NCBI RefSeq assembly: GCF_006345805.1
Contig: NW_021835116.1
Location: 1 to 41,219, forward strand
Origin: Octopus sinensis
Taxonomy: Eukaryota
Direction of reading: 5' to 3'
Length of the DNA: 41,219 bases
In this document: piece by piece, positions 33,855-41,219 of the stretch
Numbering within the stretch: position 1 is the stretch's first letter
How the letters are laid out: each line of letters opens with the position of its first letter
Notes under the pieces: model-generated
Seen by the model: only the letters and a program-made list of their open reading frames with translations
Database searches by the model: none
Told to the model about the DNA's origin: nothing
Position numbers and translations under genes: made by a program

Positions 33855-34104
33855 CTAAATTATGAAAAAGTAAAAAGATAAAATAATTTCGTTGGTGAGG
33901 AATTAGGGGTGAGCTGGGGAGTTCAGTGGGTAAAGACAGAAAAATATTTGAAGACAAAGTGATATGTTATTATTATAATACATTAGCAAACAGGAAAATA
34001 TAATCAACATTTAACTGATACTAAGTAAACACTATCTCTATTAATTATAATAAATACTAGAAACATCACAGGAATGGTTCCAAATTTGAAATAAAATAAG
34101 TAGC

Positions 34105-37100
34105 AGTTGAGTACTTATTTTATTGACCATAAACATCACAGGAGTTTTGGTTTTAAATTTTGGCACAACGCCAGCAATTTCAGGTGTGTGTCTAAGTCAA
34201 TTACATCAACCCCAGTGCTCAATTGGTACTTATTTTATTGACCATAAACATTACTGGAATTTTGGTTTTAAATTTTGGCACAAGGCCAGCAATTTCAGGA
34301 GAGTGGCTATCTCAATTACATGTACCCCAGTGCTCAATTGGTACTTATTTTATTGACCATAAACATTACTGGAATTTTGGTTTCAAATTTTGGCACAAGG
34401 CTAGCAATTTCAGGTGAGTGTCTAAGTCAATTACATCAACCCCAGTGCTCAACTGCTACTTATTTTATTGACCATAAACATCACTGGAATTTTGGTTTCA
34501 AGCTTTGGAACAAGGCCAGCAATTTCAGGAGAGTGGCTAAGTCAATTACATGTACCACACTGCTCAATTGGTACTTATTTTATTGACCACAAACATCAAT
34601 GGAATTTTGGTTTCAAATTTTGGGACAAGGCCAGCAATTTCAGGAGAGTGGCTAAGTCAATTACATGAACCCCAGTGCTCAATTGGTACTTATTTTATTG
34701 ACCATAAACATCACTGGAATTTTGGTTTAAAATTTTGGCACAACACCAGCAATTTCGCGAGAGTGGCTAAGTCAATTACATCAACCACAGTGATCAACTG
34801 GTACTTATTTTATTGACCATAAACATCACTGGAATTTTGCTTTCAAATTTTAGCAGAAGGCCAGCAATTTCAGGAGAGTGTCTAAGTCAATTACCTCAAC
34901 CCCAGTGCTCAACTGGTACTTATTTTATTGACCATAAACATCACTGGAATTTTGCTTTCAAATTTTGGCAGAAGGCCAGCAATTTCAGGAGAGTGTCTAA
35001 GTCAATTACCTCAACCCCAGTGCTCAACTAGTACTTATTTTATTGGTTTCAAATTTTGGCACAAGGCCAGCAATTTCAGGAGAGTGTCTAAGTCAATTAC
35101 CTCAACCAGTGCTCAACTGGTACTTATTTTATTGGTTTCAAATTTTGGCACAAGGCCAGCAATTTCGCGAGAGTGGCTAAGTCAATTACATCAAACCCAG
35201 TGATCAAGTGGTACTTATTTTATTGACCGTAAACATCACTGGAATTTTGGTTTTAAATTTTGGCACAACGCCAGCAATTTCAGGTGTGTGTCTAAGTCAA
35301 TTACATCAACCCCAGTGATCAACTGGTACTTATTTTATTGACCATAAACATCACTGGAATTTTGCTTTCAAATTTTGGCACAAGGCCAGCAATTTCAGGA
35401 GAGTGTCTATGTCAATTACATCAACCCCAGTGATCAACTGGTACTTATTTTATTGAACATAAACATCACTGGAATTTTGCTTTCAAATTTTGGCACAGGG
35501 CCAGCAATTTCAGGAGAGTGTCTATGTCAATTACATCAACCCCAGTGATCAACTGGTACTTATTTTATTGACCATAAACATCACTGGAATTTTGGTTTCA
35601 AATTTTGGCACAAGGCCAGCAATTTCAGGAGAGTGTCTATGTCAATTACATCAACCCCAGTGATCAACTGGTACTTATTTTATTGACCATAAACATCACT
35701 GGAATTTTGGTTTCAAATTTTGGCACAAGGCCAGCAATTTCAGGAGAGTGTCTATGTCAATTACATCAACCCCAGTGCTCAACTGGTACTTATTTTATTG
35801 ACCATAAACATCACTGGAATTTTGCTTTCAAATTTTGGCACAAGGCCAGCAATTTCAGGAGAGTGTCTAAGTCAATTACCTCAACCCCAGTGCTCAACTG
35901 GTACTTATTTTATTGGTTTCAAATTTTGGCACAAGGCCAGCAATTTCAGGAGAGTGGCTAAGTCAATTACATCAACCCCAGTGATCAACTGGTACTTATT
36001 TTATTGACCATAAACATCACTGGAATTTTGGTTTTAAATTTTGGCACAACGCCAGCAATTTCAGGAGAGTGGCTAAGTCAATTACATCAACCCCAGTGAT
36101 CAACTGGTACTTATTTTATTGACCGTAAACATCACAGGAGATTTGGTTTTAAATTTTGGCACAACGCCAGCAATTTCGCGAGAGTGGCTAAGTCAATTAC
36201 ATCAACCCCAGTGATCAACTGGTACTTATTTTATTGAACATAAACATCACTGGAATTTTGCTTTCAAATTTTGGCAGAAGGCCAGCAATTTCAGGAGAGT
36301 GTCTAAGTCAATTACCTCAACCCCAGTGCTCAACTGGTACTTATTTTATTGGTTTCAAATTTTGGCACAAGGGCAGCAATTTCAGGAGAGTGGCTAAGTC
36401 AATTACATCAACCCCAGTGATCAACTGGTACTTATTTTATTGACCATAAACATCACTGGAATTTTGGTTTAAAATTTTGGCACAACGCCAGCAATTTCGC
36501 GAGAGTGGCTAAGTCAATTACATCAACCCTAGTGATCAACTGGTACTTATTTTATTGACCATAAACATCACTGGAATTTTGGTTTCAAATTTTGGCAGAA
36601 GGCCAGCAATTTCAGGAGAGTGTCTAAGTCAATTACCTCAACCCCAGTGCTCAACTGGTACTTATTTTATTGGTTTCAAATTTTGGCACAAGGCCAGCAA
36701 TTTCAGGAGAGTGGCTAAGTCAATTACATCAACCCCAGTGATCAACTGGTACTTATTTTGTTGACCATAAACATCACTGGAATTTTGGTTTTAAATTTTG
36801 GCAGAAGGCCAGCAATTTCAGGAGAGTGTCTAAGTCAATTACATCAACCCCAGTGATCAACTGGTACTTATTTTATTGACCATAAACATCACTGGAATTT
36901 TGGTTTAAAATTTTGGCACAACGCCAGCAATTTCGCGAGATTGGCTAAGTCAATTACATCAACCCCAGTGATCAACTGGTACTTATTTTATTGACCATAA
37001 ACATCACTGGAATTTTGGTTTCAAATTTTGGCAGAAGGCCAGCAATTTCAGGAGAGTGTCTAAGTAAATTACCTCAACCCCAGTGCTCAACTGGTACTTA

Positions 37101-40100
37101 TTTTATTGGTTTCAAATTTTGGCACAAGGCCAGCAATTTCAGGAGAGTGGCTAAGTCAATTACGTCAACCCTAGTGCTCAACTGGTACTTATTTTATTGA
37201 CCATAAACATCACTGGAATTTTGCTTTCAAATTTTAGCAGAAGGCCAGCAATTTCAGGAGAGTGTCTAAGTCAATTACCTCAACCCCAGTGCTCAACTGG
37301 TACTTATTTTATTGACCATAAACATCACTGGAATTTTGCTTTCAAATTTTGGCAGAAGGCCAGCAATTTCAGGAGAGTGTCTAAGTCATTACCTCAACCC
37401 CAGTGCTCAACTAGTACTTATTTTATTGGTTTCAAATTTTGGCACAAGCCAGCAATTTCAGGAGAGTGTCTAAGTCAATTACCCTCAACAGTGCTCAACT
37501 GGTACTTATTTTTTTATTGTTTCGAATTTTGGCACAAGGCCAGCAATTTCGCGGGAGTGGCTAAGTCAATTACATCAAACCCAGTGATCAACTGGTACTT
37601 ATTTTATTGACCGTAAACATCACTGGAATTTTGGTTTTAAATTTTGGCACAACGCCAGCAATTTCAGGTGTGTGTCTAAGTCAATTACATCAACCCCAGT
37701 GATCAACTGGTACTTATTTTATTGACCATAAACATCACTGGAATTTTGCTTTCAAATTTTGGCACAAGGCCAGCAATTTCAGGAGAGTGTCTATGTCAAT
37801 TACATCAACCCCAGTGATCAACTGGTACTTATTTTATTGACCATAAACATCACTGGAATTTTGCTTTCAAATTTTGGCACAAGGCCAGCAATTTCAGGAG
37901 AGTGTCTATGTCAATTACATCAACCCCAGTGATCAACTGGTACTTATTTTATTGACCATAAACATCACTGAAATTTTGGTTTCAAATTTTGGCACAAGGC
38001 CAGCAATTTCAGGAGAGTGTCTATGTCAATTACATCAACCCCAGTGATCAACTGGTACTTATTTTATTGACCATAAACATCACTGGAATTTTGGTTTCAA
38101 ATTTGGCACAAGGCCAGCAATTTCAGGAGAGTGTCTATGTCAATTACATCAACCCAGTGCTCAACTGGTACTTATTTTATTGACCATAAAATCACTGGAA
38201 TTTTGCTTTCAAATTTTGGCACAAGCCAGCAATTTCAGGAGAGTGTCTAAGTCAATTACCTCAACCCCAGTGCTCAACTGGTACTTATTTTATTGGTTTC
38301 AAATTTTGGCACAAGGCCAGCAATTTCAGGAGAGTGGCTAAGTCAATTACATCAACCCCAGTGATCAACTGGTACTTATTTTATTGACCATAAACATCAC
38401 TGGAATTTTGGTTTTAAATTTTGGCACAACGCCAGCAATTTCAGGAGAGTGGCTAAGTCAATTACATCAACCCCAGTGATCAACTGGTACTTATTTTATT
38501 GACCGTAAACATCACAGGAGATTTGGTTTAAATTTTGGCACAACGCCAGCAATTTCGCGAGAGTGGCTAAGTCAATTACATCAACCCCAGTGATCAACTG
38601 GTACTTATTTTATTGAACATAAACATCACTGGAATTTGCTTTCAAATTTTGGCAGAAGGCCAGCATTTCAGGAGAGTGTCTAAGTCAATTACCTCAACCC
38701 CAGTGCTCAACTGTACTTACTTTTTATTGGTTTCAAATTTTGGCACAAGGCCAGCAATTCAGGAGAGTGGCTAAGTCAATTACATCAACCCCGGTGATCA
38801 ACTGGTACTTATTTATTGACCATAAACATCACTGGAATTTTGGTTTAAAATTGGCACAACGCCAGCAGCAATTTCGCGAGAGTGGCTAAGTCAATTACAT
38901 CAACCCTAGTGATCAACTGGTACTTATTTTATTGACCATAAACATCACTGGAATTTTGGTTTCAAATTTTGGCAGAAGGCCAGCAATTTCAGGAGAGTGT
39001 CTAAGTCAATTACCTCAACCCCAGTGCTCAACTGGTACTTATTTTATTGGTTTCAAATTTTGGCACAAGGCCAGCAATTTCAGGAGAGTGGCTAAGTCAA
39101 TTACATCAACCCCAGTGATCAACTGGTACTTATTTTGTTGACCATAAACATCACTGGAATTTTGGTTTTAAATTTTGGCAGAAGGCCAGCAATTTCAGGA
39201 GAGTGTCTAAGTCAATTACATCAACCCCAGTGATCAACTGGTACTTTTTTTATTGAACATAAACATCACTGGAATTTTGGTTTTAAATTTTGGCACAAGG
39301 CCAGCAATTTCAGGAGAGTGGCTAAGTCAATTACATGTACCCCACTGCTCAATTGGTACTTATTTTATTGACCATAAACATCACTGGAATTTGGGTTAAA
39401 ATTTTGGCAGAGGCCAGCAATTTCAGGAGAGTGGCTAAGTCAATTACATCAACCCCAGCGCTCAACTGGTACTTTTTATTGACCAAAATCATTACTGGAA
39501 TTTTGGTTTTCAAATTTTGGCACAAGGCCAGCAATTTCAGGAGAGTGGCTAAGTCAATTACATCAACCCCGGTGCTCAACTGGTACTTATTTTATTGACC
39601 ATAAACATCACTGGAATTTTGGTTTCAAATTTTGCACAAGGCCAGCAATTCAGGAGAGTGGCTAAGTCAATTACATCAAACCCCAGTGCTCAATGGTACT
39701 TATTTTATTGACCATAAACATCACTGGAATTTTGGTTTCAAATTTTTACACAAGGCCAGCAATTTCAGGAGAGTGGCTAAGTCAATTACATCAACACCAG
39801 TGCTCAACTGGTACTTAAATTATTGACAATAAACATCACTGGAATTTTGCTTTCAAATTTTGGCACAAGGCCAGCAATTTCAGGAGAGTGTCTAAGTCAA
39901 TTACATCAACCCCAGTGCTCAACTGGTACTTATTTTATTGACCGTAAACATCACTGGAAGTTTGGTTTTAAATTTTGTCACAAGGCCACCAATTTCAGGA
40001 GAATGTCTAAGTCAATTACATCAACCATAGTGATCAACTGGTACTTATTTTATTGACCATAAACATCACTGGAATTTTGCTTTCAAATTTTGGCACAAGG

Positions 40101-41219
40101 CCAGCAATTTCAGGAGAGTGTCTAAGTCAATTACATCAACCCCAGTGCTCAACTGGTACTTATTTTATTGACCGTAAACATCACTGGAATTTTGCTTTCA
40201 AATTTTGGCACAAGGCCAGCAATTTCAGGGGAGTGTCGACGTCAATTACCTCAACCCTAGTGCTCAACTGGTACTTATTTTATTGACCATAAACATCACT
40301 GGAATTTTGGTTTAAAATTTTGGCACAACGCCAGCAATTTCAGGAGAGTGGCTAAGTCAATTACATCAACCATAGTGATCAACTGGTACTTATTTTATTG
40401 ACCGTAAACATCACAGGAGTTTTGGTTTTAAATTTTGGCACAACGCCAGCAATTTCAGGTGTGTGTCTAAGTCAATTACATCAACCCCAGTGATCAACTG
40501 GTACTTATTTTATTGACCATAAACATCACTGGAATTTTGCTTTCAAATTTTGGCACAAGGCCAGCAATTTCAGGAGAGTGTCTAAGTCAATTACATGTAC
40601 CCCAGTGCTCAACTGGTACTTATTTTATTAACCATAAACATCACTGGAATTTTGGTTTCAAATTTTGGCACAAGGCCACAATTTCAGGAGAGTGTCTAAG
40701 TCAATTACCTCAACCCTAGTGCTCAACTGGCACTTATTTTATTGACATAAACATCACTGGAATTTTGGTTTTAAATTTTGGCACAAGGCCAGCAATTTCA
40801 GGAGAGTGTCTAAGTCAATTACATCAACCCCAGTGATCAACTGGTACTTATTTTATTGAACATAAACATGAATGGAATTTTGGTTTTAAATTTGGCACAA
40901 GGCCAGCAATTTCAGGAGAGTGGCTAGTCAATTACATGTACCCCACTGCTCAATTGGTACTTATTTTATTGACCATAAACATCACTGGAATTTTGGTTTA
41001 AAATTTGGCAGAAGGCCAGCAATTTCCAGGAGAGTGGCTAAGTCAATTACATCACCCCAGCGCTCAACTGGTACTTATTTTATTGACCAAAATCATCACT
41101 GGAATTTTAGTTTCAAATTTGGCACAAGGCCAGCAATTTCAGGAGAGTGGCTAAGTCAATTACATCAACCCAGTGCTCAACTGGTACTTATTTTATGACC
41201 ATAAACATCACTGGAATTT
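34105..41219. repeat. Tandem satellite array, ~115-bp monomer plus 91-bp deletion variant (right array, truncated by window end)
   Basis: Same monomer and orientation as the left array. Equivalent positions 34813 and 34928 are 115 bp apart. The variant TTATTG|GTTTC lacks the 24 bp ACCATAAACATCACTGGAATTTTG. Confidence 0.98.

Noticed and set aside
33441-33881. 146-aa plus-strand ORF
   Set aside because: It is an antisense shadow of the PARP14-like exon.

Overview
Eukaryotic animal genomic DNA, most likely an octopus or other coleoid cephalopod. This is inferred from the SINE, RTE, Penelope and maT repeat families; no database search was done. Two arrays of the same ~115-bp satellite (1-~7382 and ~34105-41219, both cut by the window edges) flank a ~27-kb repeat-rich block. 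The only host gene is a minus-strand, spliced PARP14/PARP9-like macrodomain gene. Three phase-1 exons (33854-32330, 26521-26273, 12962-12783) have canonical GT-AG sites and splice into one complete macrodomain. The large exon has two -1 frameshifts, which are probably long-read errors. The gene is open at both ends, so both satellite arrays probably lie in its introns. The introns hold decayed RTE, CR1 and R4/Dong LINEs, Penelope-like elements (one Naiad-like), a DD37D maT transposon, a solo LTR with a TSD, tRNA-SINEs and a dispersed 28S rRNA fragment. Notable details: the satellite appears to be SINE-derived and has array-specific higher-order structure; a short TTAGGG insertion with a 9-bp duplication sits inside a LINE; a 28S/RTE-5'UTR chimera splits a SINE; there are three fold-back palindromes; and the macrodomain has an unusual HWCG loop. 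No prokaryotic system or CRISPR array is present.
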